From the NCBI RefSeq assembly GCF_963921235.1, contig NC_086097.1:182158001-182222000 (forward strand): a stretch of 64,000 nt of DNA, written 5' to 3'. This document shows positions 39,116 through 51,010 of this stretch, piece by piece. Numbering within the stretch: position 1 is the stretch's first letter; every line of letters begins with the position of its first letter. The position numbers were made by a program, and so were the translations under genes. The notes below the pieces were generated by a model. It saw nothing but the letters and a program-made list of their open reading frames with translations. It was not told the origin of the DNA and did not search any database. The DNA comes from Mobula hypostoma. Taxonomy: Eukaryota.

Positions 39116-40028
39116 CTCCTGATCTCTGACCCTGGGGCAGGGAGAGTTGTAAATTTGCTGTTTCCTCCTAATCACTGTCCAGTGATGCAGAGTTTGTGTT
39201 TATGCTGTGTAGTACCTCTTGTTGCAAGGACAAATATATGGCCCTGCATTAGGACAAAATATTGGGCCTTGCATTTGAACAAACGAATTAGCAGCAAGAC
39301 TAGGTAACTTGGTCCCTCCTTCTGTGCCATCATGTAATGAGGTTATGGTTCTAACTTCATCTCCATCGCCTCTAACCCTAACTATAACATTTCACATCCT
39401 CAAACAACAGTATCGTGGAGAGAGGAGAGTTGATGACCTATCTTCTGAAGAAAGATTGTCAGCCTGAGACACTACCTTTGCTCCTTCCGTCGCAGATGCT
39501 GTCTGAGCTGCTCAGAGTTTCCAGTATTTCCTATTTACTTTCAGATTTTCAAACCGTGCAATATTTTGTTTTTCAATCAATTTGAGCTGACCCTGTTTTA
39601 TCAAGTGATGCCAACCGTTCCATTGCTGAATTGGCAGAAGTATGGGCAACTATCCTTCAGCCAAGAGCAACAGAGCAGGTTTTATAGTGATTTATCTCAG
39701 CACTGTTTACATATTTGAATAACTTGTCACTCTGCATTGCTGTAATTATCTTCCTGATCCATGGGGACCGTTATATTACATTGTTGTCCTGACAAGTTAC
39801 TCATGTGCCTATGGAAGATATCTAAGGTCATGAGTGGCAAAGACAAGGTGAAAGCAGATGATCTTTTTCCCAGCGACGGGGTGCTAAAACAAGGTTTAAG
39901 AGAAGAGGTTTTAAAAGGGACATCATAGGCAGTTTCTTCACGCAGAAGATGATGCATATTTGCAACGATCTGCTAGAAATAGTGGTTGAGGGGAGCTCGT
40001 CAACATTATTTAAAAGTCACCTAGTGCG

Positions 40029-40150
40029 AAGGGTCTCGGCCTGAAACCTTGACTGCACCTCTTCCTACACATGCTGCTTGGCCTGCTGCGTTCACCAGCA
40101 ACTTTGATGTGAGTTGCTTGAATTTCCAGCATCTGCAGAATTCCTGTTGT
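40029..40150 (+). mobile_element. Short Penelope-derived insertion (hammerhead truncated in the core) with a 7-bp TSD TAGTGCG, inside a + strand CR1 tail (~39810-40275)
   Basis: The TSD lies at 40022-40028 and 40151-40157. The body aagggtctcggcctgaaac...gctgcttggcctgctgcgttcaccagcaac closely matches 47438-47530. Confidence 0.8.
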
Positions 40151-40605
40151 TAGTGCGTGGATAGAAGAGGTTTAGAGGGCTAAGGACCAAGCACAAACAG
40201 ATGGGACTAGATGGGCAAAGCAGTCGAATGCACAAGTTGGGCCAAAGGACCCGTTTCCATGCTCTGTGATTGTGACTCATTCTGGAGCTCAGATTCAGAT
40301 TCTCAGCAAAAAGCAGTTTGAGAAAATGTTATTATGATTTACACATTGCTTACCAACTACTACACAGCTGGTATCAGTGTCCTTGCTGTAATACTGTCAG
40401 TCACAGTACCAGTCGTAAAAGTCTCAGCAAGGATCCTCCAGCCCATGCAGTTCAGGTTCTCAGACATTGAGCAGTACAGCACAGAATCGGGCCCTTCAGC
40501 CCAACGTGACTATGCTGTCCCTGATGTTTGCATATGAAGTTTTCTCTCCTGCTACTGGAGTGTGTGAGTTGTCCTGTCCATTCCTCCATTTACTGGCCCC
40601 TGTAA

Positions 40606-40818
<213 letters not shown>

Positions 40819-41089
40819 TAAACGTTTACACTCAGAGCGACAGGGGGTGGCACTTTGCAGAGAAGTAAAGCCTAAGCACTGGGTTCTAGAACAACATGTT
40901 GCAATTTTTGGAACTCAATAAACCGAAGCAACAAAAAGAAAAACCTCAACTGGTCAGCAGGTCAGGCAGCATCCATGGAGAGGTAACATTCAGGTTGGTA
41001 ACCTTTCTTCTGAGGAAAGGATATTGACCTGAACATTGGTTTCTCCTCACCTGCTGTGAATTTCCACCATTTCTCTTTTGTTTCATAAT

Positions 41090-42290
41090 TGCCTGATGGC
41101 ACCAAAACAACTCATGGGTACTGAGTCGACTTCTGCACTTCCTCTGGCAGCTTTTTCCATGTGTCCACTATGCCATCTGTTCTGGGAAAAGGACTGTAAC
41201 CAATCACCTGATTTACGACCACCATGACTTTATAAACCTTTATAAGGTCACCCCTCAGCTTCCTTTCCTCCAGGGAAAACAGTCCCAGCCTGTCTGATCT
41301 CTCCTTACATCTAAAGCCCTCCAGTCCCAATTACATCTTTGTAAATCTTCTTTGTGCCCTCTCTAGCTTACTTATATCCTTCCTATAGCTGGGTGACTGC
41401 AAATGTGACTAATACTCCAAGTATAGTCTAACCAATATCATGTACAACTCTAACATGATATCTCAACTCTTCTGTTCATTGTCCTGTTCGATAAAGGCAA
41501 GTGTGCCAAATGCCTACTTTAGCACCCTGTCTAAATGTGTTGTCACTTTCAGGAATCTCTGTATTTGTGCACTTGCGTCTCTGTTCTACAACACCCCCCC
41601 CCCCCCCCCAGGGTCCTGCCATTCACTGTTCATGTTCTACCCTGGTTTAACTTCCCAAAGTGCAGCACTTTGCATTTTTCCGAATTAAATTAAATTCCAT
41701 CTGCCATTCCTTTGCTATCTCTCCCAGATGATCTAGATTCTGTTGTGACCTTAGACAACCTTTCTCTCTGTCAATTACACCGGTAATTTTGGTTTAATCT
41801 ACAAACCTATGCCATATACATTCTCATCTCAGTGTAAACAACACTAACCTTTGTGACACACCAATGTCACAGTCCTCCAATCTGAAAGCAGCTCTCCACA
41901 AATCCTCTGAGCCCTACCACCAAGCCAATTCAAATATAAGCCTGTGTTTTTGGTATGCACTCCTTGAATTGGCTGCTCACCCTGGGTCACCTTCCAGACT
42001 AGGGTACCACGCAGGACCTTTTCTAACGTCTAATTATAATGTCCACCAACCTGCCCTTTGTCAACATTCTTGGTCACCTCTTCAAAAACTCAATAAAATC
42101 AGCACCACCGCCTATGTACAAAGACATGCTGACTATTCCTAATCAGTCCTTCCTTTCCAAATGCAGATAAATCCAGTCCCTCAGAATCCCATCCAATAAC
42201 TTTCCCACCACAGATATCAGGCTTACTCTCTGTAGTTCTCTGGCTTGTCCTTCTAGCCCTTCTTAAATAAAAGCACTCTCTAGCTTTCAT
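41090..42290 (-). mobile_element. CR1 LINE fragment
   Basis: ORF remnants CKERSDRLGLFSLEERKLRGDLIKVYKVM and GLIRNSQHVFV. Confidence 0.8.
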
Positions 42291-42644
42291 TTTTATAGCA
42301 TTGAACTAGCCACTGGGCCCACTCAGACTATACTAGCCCTTTGCTAGAGCCATCCGGTTAGTCCCATTACTTGACACTTTCCTCTCAGCTTTGAACTTTC
42401 TTCTCCCTCAGTTTTTATTTGGAAGAAGAATGATTAAGTCACTCCAGTTCTTCACAGAGTGAATTCCAGATCATAATTCCTTGCTGTATGTGAAAGATTT
42501 CCTTTGAGTTACACTGGTAGTTCCAAGCTTGCTGTCATCTTATGTCTGGAATGTCTATTCTGCACAAAACTAAGTAATTAAAATTTATATATAAAAAAGC
42601 AGAGTTCTCAATGACCCCATCAGAATGCCATTTTGGAAGAGCTA

Positions 42645-43090
42645 ATAAGAGTAGGACGTACACCTTAAGTGCCAGAGAATACTGAGGAACAGAGGCACCT
42701 TACTGTAGAAGTCTCTGTAGTGACAACCCAGGTAGCTGGGGTGGTGAGGAAGGCATCCAGGATACTTGCTTTCATCTGCCATGTTATAGAGCATAAGAGC
42801 AAAGAGATTATGCTACACCTTTATGCAACGGTAGTTAGGCCACAGCTGGAGTACTGTATGCAGTTCTGGTCACCAGACTTGAAGGAAGGATGTGGTTGCA
42901 CTGGAGAGGCTGCAGAGGGGATCCACCAGAATATTGCCTGGGGTGAAGTGTCTCAAATTTGAGCAGAGACTGCACAGGATGGAATTGTTTCTTTGGAATA
43001 GAGCCTTAGGGAGGACCTAATGTATGAGATTATAAGGGGATTAAATAGGTAAAATAAGAAACTTTTTCCCACGATGGAGATATTTAAAAC
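42645..43090 (+). mobile_element. CR1 LINE fragment
   Basis: ORF remnant KSKEIMLHLYATVVRPQLEYCMQFWSP. Confidence 0.8.
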
Positions 43091-44931
43091 CTCGCTGGAA
43101 ATTCTATTCTGTAATACTGCCCCCAACCCAGTCCCTGGTATGAATCTGAGGCGTTTGGTGACCGTGAGGTAATATTCCAATCACGTATCTCTACCATCAC
43201 TCGGACACTTACCTCAGGCTCTGTAGATTTACCACCTCCGCCTTAGCCCCTTGAGATATGGAAACACATTGAGTTAGGAGCAGGAGTAGATCACCAGCTC
43301 TTTCAATCTGCCCCACCATTCAATACAATTATGGCTGATGTGCTTGTGTCTGATTGTCAGTGTGAACTGGGTTGGTTAAAGGGCTTACTTCCATTCTGTG
43401 GGTCCATGTAGATCATAAGACCATTAGACCTAGGAGTAGAATCGAGTCATTTTTCTCCTCCTTAGCCCCACTCCCCAGCAGTGTCCTATCAAGCTCTGCC
43501 TTAAATACACCCAACGACCTGGCCTCCACAGCTGCCTGTGGTAGTAAGTTCCACAAGTTCACCAACTTCTAGCTAAAGATATTTCTCCACATCTCTGTTT
43601 TAAATGGGTGCCCCTCTATCCTAAGGCTATGCCCTCTTGTCCCAGACTCCCCCACCAGGGGAACATCCTTTCCACATCTCCTCTGCCTAGGCCTTTCAAC
43701 ATTGGAAAGGTTTCAATGAGATTCCCCACCCCCATTCTTCTAAATTCCAGCAAGTGCAGACCCAGAGCCATCAAACATTCCTTGTATAGGAACCCTTTCA
43801 TTCCCAGATTCATCCTTGTGAATTTCCCCTGCACCCTTTCTGATGCCAGCACATCTTCTCTTAGATGAGGAGCCCAAAACTGTTCACAATTTTCAAGTTG
43901 AGGCCTCACTAGTGCCTTATAAAGCCTCAGCATCACATCCCTGCTCTTCTATTCTAGACCTCTTGAAATGAATGTTAACATTGTACTTGCCTTCCTCACC
44001 ACCAACTCCACCTGCAAATTAACCTTTAGGGTATTCTGCACAAGGATTCCCAAGTCCCTTTGCATCTCAGATTTTTGGATTTTCTCCCTGTTTAGAAAAT
44101 AGTCTGCACATTTATTTCTACTACCAAAGTGCATGACCATGCATTTTCCAACATTGTATTTCATTTGCCACTTCCTTGCCCATTCTCCTAGTCTGTCTAA
44201 GTCCTCCTGCAGCCTTCCTGTTTCCTCAACACTGCCTGCCCCTCCAGCAATCTTCGTATCATCTGCAAACTTGGCAACAAAGCCATCTATTTCATCATCT
44301 AAATAATCAATATACAGCATAAAAATAAGCAGACCCAACACCAACCCCTGCAGAACACCATTAGTCACTGGCAGCCAACCAGAAAAGGATCCTTTTATTC
44401 CCACTTGCTGCTTCCTACCAATCAGCCAATGCTCTAACCATGCCAGTAACTTTCCTGTAATACCATGGGCTCTTAACTTGGTAAGCAGCCTCATATGTGA
44501 CACCTTGTCAAAGGCCTTCTGGAAGTCCAAATTCAGGTTTCCCCTGCCATCCGAAGGTAGAGTGTTCCTATGAAACGGTTCGTAAGCCGGAATCTTGTAA
44601 AGTGAAGAAGCAATTACCATTTATTTATATGGGAAAAATTTTGAGCGTTCCCAGACCCAAAAAATAACCTACCAAATCATACCAAATAACACATAAACCC
44701 TAAAATAACAGTAACATATAGTAAAAGTAGGAACAATATGATAAATACACAGCCTATATAAAGTAGAAATACTTCTCCGCAATCATTGCCGCACTGTTCT
44801 CCGTAGCAAAAATCTCATGCAAGCGCTCTCAGCAGAAACACTCTCTCCAGTAACCTTTAAGCTATGAAGCTGCCAAATCATACCAAATAACGCATAAAAA
44901 TACACAGCCTATATAAAGTAGAAATAATATA

Positions 44932-46532
44932 CAAACCCTATTTCCAGAAAAGTTGGGATATTTTCTAAAATGCAATAAAAACAAAAATCTGTGATATGTT
45001 AATTCACGTGAACTTTTATTTAACTGACAAAAGTACAAAGAAAAGATTTTCAATAGTTTTACTGACCAACTTAATTGTATTTTGTAAACATACGCAAATT
45101 TAGAATTTGATGGCTGCAACACACTCAACAAAAGTTGGGACAGAGGCATGTTTACCATTGTGTTACATCACCTTTCCTTTTAATAACACTTTTTAATTGT
45201 TTTGGAACTGAGGATACTAATTGTAGTAGATTTGCAATTGGAAATTTTGTCCATTCTTGCTTGATATAAGACTTCAGCTGCTCAACAGTCCGTGGTCTCT
45301 GTTGTCTGATTCTCCTCTTCATGATGCGCCATACATTTTCAATAGGAGATAGATCTGGACTGGCAGCAGGCCAGTCAAGCACACGCACTCTGTGTCTACA
45401 AAGCCACACTGTTGTAGCCCGTGCGGAATGTGGTCTGGCATTGTCCTGCTGAAATAAGCATGGACGTCCCGGGAAGAGACGTCGCCGGATGGCAACATAT
45501 GTCTCTCTAAAATCCTAATATACGCCTCAGAGTCAATGGTACCTTCACATGCATGCAACTCGCCCATGCCATAGGCACTGATGCACCCCCATACCATCAC
45601 AGATGCTGGCTTTTGCACCTTTCACTGATAACAATCTGGATGGTCGTCTTCATCTTTGGCACGGAGAACTTGATGCCCGTTTTTTCCGAAATCTAGCTGA
45701 AATGTGGATTCATTTGACCACAGCACATAGTTCCACAGTCTTTTGGTCCATCTGAGATGAGCTCGGGCCCAGAGAACTCGCCGACGTTTCTGCATAGAAT
45801 TGATGTATGGCTTCCTCCTTGCGTAATACAGTTTCAAGTTGCATTTCTGGATGCAGCGATGGACTGTGTTGAGTGACAATGGTTTTCCGAATTACTCCCG
45901 AGCCCAGGTGGCTATAATTGTCACAGTAGCATGACGGTTTCTTAGGCAGTGCCGCCTGAGGGCTCGAAGATCACACGCATTCAACAGTTGTTTCCGACCT
46001 TGCCCTTTACGCACTGAGATGTCTGTGAATTCTCTGAATCTTTTCACAATATTATGTACTGTAGATGTTGAAAGACCTAAATTCTCTGCAATCTTGCATT
46101 GAGAAATGTTCCTTTTGAACTGACTAACAATTCTCTCACAAATTTTGGCACAAAGAGGTGAGCCACGACCCATCCTTGCTTGCAAAGACTGAGCCTTTGA
46201 GGGACGCTACTTTTATACCCAGTCATGATACCTCACCTGCTACCAATTAGCCTGCTTAATGTGGAGTCTTCCAAATCGCTGTTACTTGAATATTCTGTAC
46301 ACTTTTCAATCTTATTTTAACTGTCCCAACTTTTGTTGAGTGTGTTGTAACCATCAGATTCTAAATTTATGTATGTTTACAAAATACAATGAAGTTGGTC
46401 AGTAAAACTATTGAAAATCTTTTCTTTGTACTTTTGTCAGTTAAATAAAGGTTCACGTGAATTAACATATCACAGATTTTTGTTTTTATTGCATTTTGGA
46501 AAATACTCCAACTTTTCTGGAAATGGGGTTTG
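44932..46532 (-). mobile_element. Full-length (1601 bp) Tc1 DD34E IR/DR transposon with a recently inactivated transposase
   Basis: TA flanks both ends and the TIRs are ~210 bp (44932-~45143, 46321-46532) with an inner aaaagttggga repeat. The transposase spans ~46173-45152: MGRGSPL...VLWSNES...VMVWGC...QQDNARPH...WPAASPDLSPIENVW, with 34 residues between D and E. Confidence 0.95.
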
Positions 46533-47432
46533 TATGTACAGTGTAGTATCACTTACTGGAATCGGGAAGACAGCGCGGAGCACACTGATGATGGTGTGTT
46601 AGGCTGAGTCGTCGGAGGCTGAGGTGGTGCAGTGGTCCCCAACCTTGCGGCCATCGACCAATACCGATCCGCGAAGAATGCAGCGGTAGCCGGGACGCAC
46701 CCAGCACATCTTTAAGAAAAAAGCCGAAATAAACAAGCTAATTAATTAGGCGCTGCCCGACACGTAAATGTCGGCCCAGATCCGAGGAGACGCAATCGGC
46801 AATCGCCTCTGATCTGGGCTGACATTTATGTGCCGGACGGCACCTAATGAATTAGCTTGTTTATTTCAGCTTTTTTCTTAAAGATGTGCTGGGTGCATCC
46901 TGACTACTGCTGCATTCTCCGCGGCAATGTATCGGTCCGCGGCCCGGGGGTTGGGGTGGTGGGACACTGGGGTGTCATCTCATCGTCGTCTGTTTCCATC
47001 AGGGCAGGTAGGTCATCTTCTTCTATGTCTGCCTGCCTCGATGTCAAAGGTCAAGGTTTGTCGTCTGCTGTGGCTGATGTGGAAGGCTTGAGAAACGACA
47101 GTATGCTTGACTGCTTAGCCTCGCGCATTTTTCTATTATACAGTTCTTTGTAAGCACTCAAACCATCCTGCAAATTTGCCCTAAACCAACATACCCTTTC
47201 AAAATTAAAGTCGTACTTTTCTGCAATCATTGCAGTGAAAATCTCACGCAGTTGCTTCACATTCAGTTCCTGAACGACTTTACTTTCGGTCCTTTCGCTA
47301 CTGCATTTGGTTTCGAATGTTATCCTTTCCTCTTCCAATTGCATCAGCTCTTCGTCTATCAGTTCTTGGTCATGGGATGCCAAAACCTCTTCAACATCAT
47401 CTTCGTCAACTTCCACAAGCCAAACTCACTTT

Positions 47433-47467
47433 GTCCTGACGAAGGGTCTCGGCCTGAAACGTCGACT
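47433..47467 (+). ncRNA. Minimal type I hammerhead ribozyme motif in a Penelope-derived insertion (47438-47530, TSD TTGTCCT)
   Basis: The sequence is gtc-CTGACGA-agggtctcggcct-GAAA-c-GTC-gac. Both core boxes are intact, stem II is agg/cct, helix III is the palindrome ACGT, the cleavage triplet is GUC and stem I is gtc/gac. Confidence 0.7.
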
Positions 47468-50400
47468 GCGCCTCTTCCTATAGATGCTGCCTGGCCTGCT
47501 GCATTCACCAGCAACTTTGATGTGTGTTGCTTGTCCTTACTTTGTTCACCACGATCAAAATGCTTAATTATGTCTAGTTTTACACTAAGTGTAACACCCT
47601 TACGAGCTCTTTTAGGTTTTTCCAATACCTTAGAACTCATCTTGCAAACGGCTGCTCACAAGCACGTGTTTAAGCACTGCCGGCGAGAATGCAGTTCCGG
47701 GGGAGAGCGGCTGCTTGGGGCGTGCGCTGCCTTTTATTGCGCGCTGCCTTTTCTTGTAACAGTGAAAACTCCTTCTGTTAGCGAAAATAGGTAACTAATG
47801 TAGGTCTTTCGTAACAGCGAGGTTTCGTAAAATGAACGTTCAAAAAGCGGGGACATCTGTATATGACATCCATTGAATCCCATTTATCTATCCTTCTTGT
47901 AATCTCCTCAGAGAATTCCAACAGGTTTGTCAGGCAAGATTTTCCCTTCAGGAAACGACACCAACTTTGTACTATCCTGTCCTGTGTCACCACATACTCC
48001 ATAACCTCATCCTTAACAATTGACTCAAACATCTTCCCAACCACTGAGGTCAGGCTAACTGGTCTATAATTTCCTTTCTGCTCCCTTGGTCCTTTCTTAA
48101 AGAGTGGATTGACATTTTCAATTTTTCAGGCCTCTGGTATCATGCCAGAATCCAGTAATTTCTGGAAGATCATTACTAATGCCTTCACAATCTCTACTTC
48201 TACCTCTTTCAGAACCCTAAGGTGCAGTTCACCGAGGTGACTTATGTTGCCTTATCTCTTTCAGCTTTTGAGCACCTTCTCCTTTGTAATAGTAACTGCA
48301 TTCACTTCTCTTCCCTTGCACCCTTCACCATCTGGCATGCTGCTCGTGTCTTCCACAGTGAAGATTGATGCAGAATACTCATTTAGTTCATCTGCCATCT
48401 CCTTGTCTCCCGTTATTATTTCTCCAGCCTCATTTTCTAGCGGCTCTATATTCACTCTCATCTCTCTTTTATTGTTTACATATTTGAAAAAGCTTTTACT
48501 ATCCACTTTGATATTGTTTGCTAGCTTGCTTTCATATTTCATCTTTTTCCTCTAAATGATTCATTTAGTTGTTCTCTGTTGAGTTTAAAAACTTCCCAAA
48601 CCACTGCCTTAACACTAATTTGTACTTTGTTGTATGGCCTTCCTTTTGCTTTTACATTAGCTCTGACTTCCCTTGTCAGCCACAATTGTACTATTTTGCT
48701 ATTTGAATATTTCTTCATTTTTGGAATACATCTATCCTGTACCTTCCTCATTTTTCCCTGAAACTCACACCATTGCTGCTCTGCTGTCATCTCTGCCAGC
48801 ATCTCCTTACCATTTACTTTGGCCAACTCCTCTGTCATACCACTGTAATTTCCTTTACTCCACTGAAATACTGCTCCCTATTTACTTTCTCCCTATCACA
48901 TTTCAAGTTGAATATTGTGATCACTGCCTCCTAAAGGTTCTTTTACCTTAAGCTTCCTAATCACCTCCCGTTCATTACGTAACACCTAATCCCATATAGT
49001 TGATCCCCTAGTAGGCTGAACAACAAACTGCTCTGAAAAGCCATCTTGTAGGCAATGAACAAATTCACTCTCTTGAGATCCATTTCCAACCTGATTTTCC
49101 CAATTGATCTGCATGTTGAAATCTCCCATGACTATCATAAAGTTGCCATTTTGATACACAAAAACTATTTCATAGAACATACAACATAGAAATCTATAGC
49201 ACATTATAGGTCTGTCGGCTCACAATGTTGTGCTGACGATGTAACCTTCTCTAGAAATTGCCTAGAATTACCCTACCGCATAGCCCTCTACTCTTTTAAG
49301 CTCCACGTACCTATCTGAGAGTCTCTTAAAAGACCCTATTGTATCCGCCTTGATCTTATTGTATTTTCTGTTGTAATCTGTGGTCCACATTCCAGCTACT
49401 GTTGGGAGGTCTGTATGTAACTGCCATCAGGGACCTTTTACCCTTGTTTCTTAACTCAACCCACAAGGATTCAGCATCTTCCGATCCTGTCAGATCCTTC
49501 CACTGTCTTATGCCATTCTTTACCAGCAGAGCCACGCCTATCCTATCCCTCCGATGCAACGTGTAACCTTGGATATTTAACTGCCAACTACAACCATGGC
49601 CACAACATCATACCCTTCTATCTGTAATCATGCAACAAGTTCATCCACCTTATTTCTTATACTCTGTGCATTGAGATATAACACTTTGAGTACCGTAGTT
49701 GCTACCCTTTTTGATTCTGCATCCCTAATGCACTGATACTCACCCTGCTGACTGCAATTATGTCTTATCATCTTCCTGCCCTTCCTGACAGTCTGACTAC
49801 ACGCTATCTTTGCTTTTTTACCATCCCTTCTATCCTGAGTCCTTGTACTCTGGTTCCCACCACCCCCCCCCCCAAATTAGTTTAAACCCTCCCCAACAGC
49901 TCTAACAAACCTACCCAAGAGAATATCAGTTCACCTTGCGTTCAGGGCAACCTGTCACTTTTGAACAGGTCACACCTCCCTGAGAAGTGATCCCAATGAT
50001 CCAAGAACCCGAAGACCTGCCTCCCTGTACCAGCTTCTCAGCCACCTATTAATCTGCCAAATCACCCTCACTGGCACGTGGCACCATTCTGTGGAGGCTG
50101 ATGTTCTCACATAGTGCTGCCTGCTCCCTAGCATTCAGCTTCCCTGAGCGATTGCCCATCCCTTGCTCACTGACAGGTAACACAAGAGTTTTACAATTAT
50201 CCCTGTCAAATCCACCAGGATGAAATCTCAACTTCCCTAACTCTACCCAGCCCTACAACATGCCAAACTCTCTGCTCCAGGTTTGTGCCTGAAGATTCTC
50301 ATCACTTTATCACTGATTTCCCCTCACGTAGTGGGAGGGGTGCTACTGAGGGTGCGGTGCACAGTTGGTGGGGCAGATGGAAGGAGAGCTACATTGTTGG

Positions 50401-50469
50401 AGTTATTACTGAGGGAGTTTTGGACTGTCAGAGAGGCACTTCTGAAGGTTAAGGTATGGGATTGAATAT

Positions 50470-51010
50470 TGCACTATCCTTGGTGAATATTCCCTCTTCT
50501 ACCCTTCTTATGGAAGGAAGATGACTGATGAAGCAGCTGCAGATGGTTGGTCCCAGGACACTGCTTTGAAGAGCTCCTACAGGACATCCTGACATCTTCA
50601 ACAACCATACTGTCTTCCTTTGTGTGAGATCTGACTCTCCCTTCCACCGAGAGTATTTTTGTCTTGTTACCCTTTCACATCAGCTGTTCCTAAAGCTCAT
50701 TGAGACCACTTTCTGTGAAATATTGTCTTGATGTTGCGTCCTCACTGTTGACCCACCCCTAGAACCCAGCTGTTGGTCCTGGTGAAACCCAGAATGGGCA
50801 AACAGGTTCTTGATGAGTAGGTATCACAGTCTTGATGTCAATGACACCTCCTGGGCACTGAGAAAAGACTTATAGGGCAGTAGCTAGTTGGATTGGATTT
50901 GTTCTGAATTTTGTGACCAGGGCATACCTAGGTATTTCCATCCTTGGCAGGTAGATGTCAGAGCTTATAAGGTAAGCTTAACTAGTGGTGTGATTAATAC
51001 TGGAATTGTA
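50470..51010 (-). mobile_element. Old LINE RT remnant (CR1/L2 group)
   Basis: The minus strand near 50510-50585 reads GALQSSVLGPTICSCFISHLPS, a decayed GVPQGSVLGP...FINDLP. Confidence 0.55.

Larger units (their letters stand above)
44534..47859 (-). mobile_element. Tigger/pogo-like non-autonomous DNA transposon, internally deleted
   Basis: Imperfect TIRs read caggtttcccc / ggggacatctg, with TA at 47860-47861 (the left copy reads TT). An N-terminal KRARKGVTLSVKLDIIKHFDRGE lies next to a C-terminal EVDEDDVEEVLASHDQELIDEELM...YKELY...KQSSILSFLK, and no DDD catalytic domain is visible. Confidence 0.85.
43393..50090 (-). mobile_element. Long CR1 LINE (end of ORF1, endonuclease, RT, 3' end) split by a Tigger-like element
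   Basis: Endonuclease remnants read GVALLVK...ESLWVELRN...YRPPNS and VMGDFN...FVVQPTRG. The RT is split at MDVIY|LDFQKAFDKV and includes KFADDTK. An ORF1-like 3' end lies near 49870-50090. Confidence 0.9.

Noticed and set aside
47051..47640. Domesticated TIGD/CENP-B-like gene
   Set aside because: It lies between TIRs, lacks the catalytic domain and is interrupted by an insertion.
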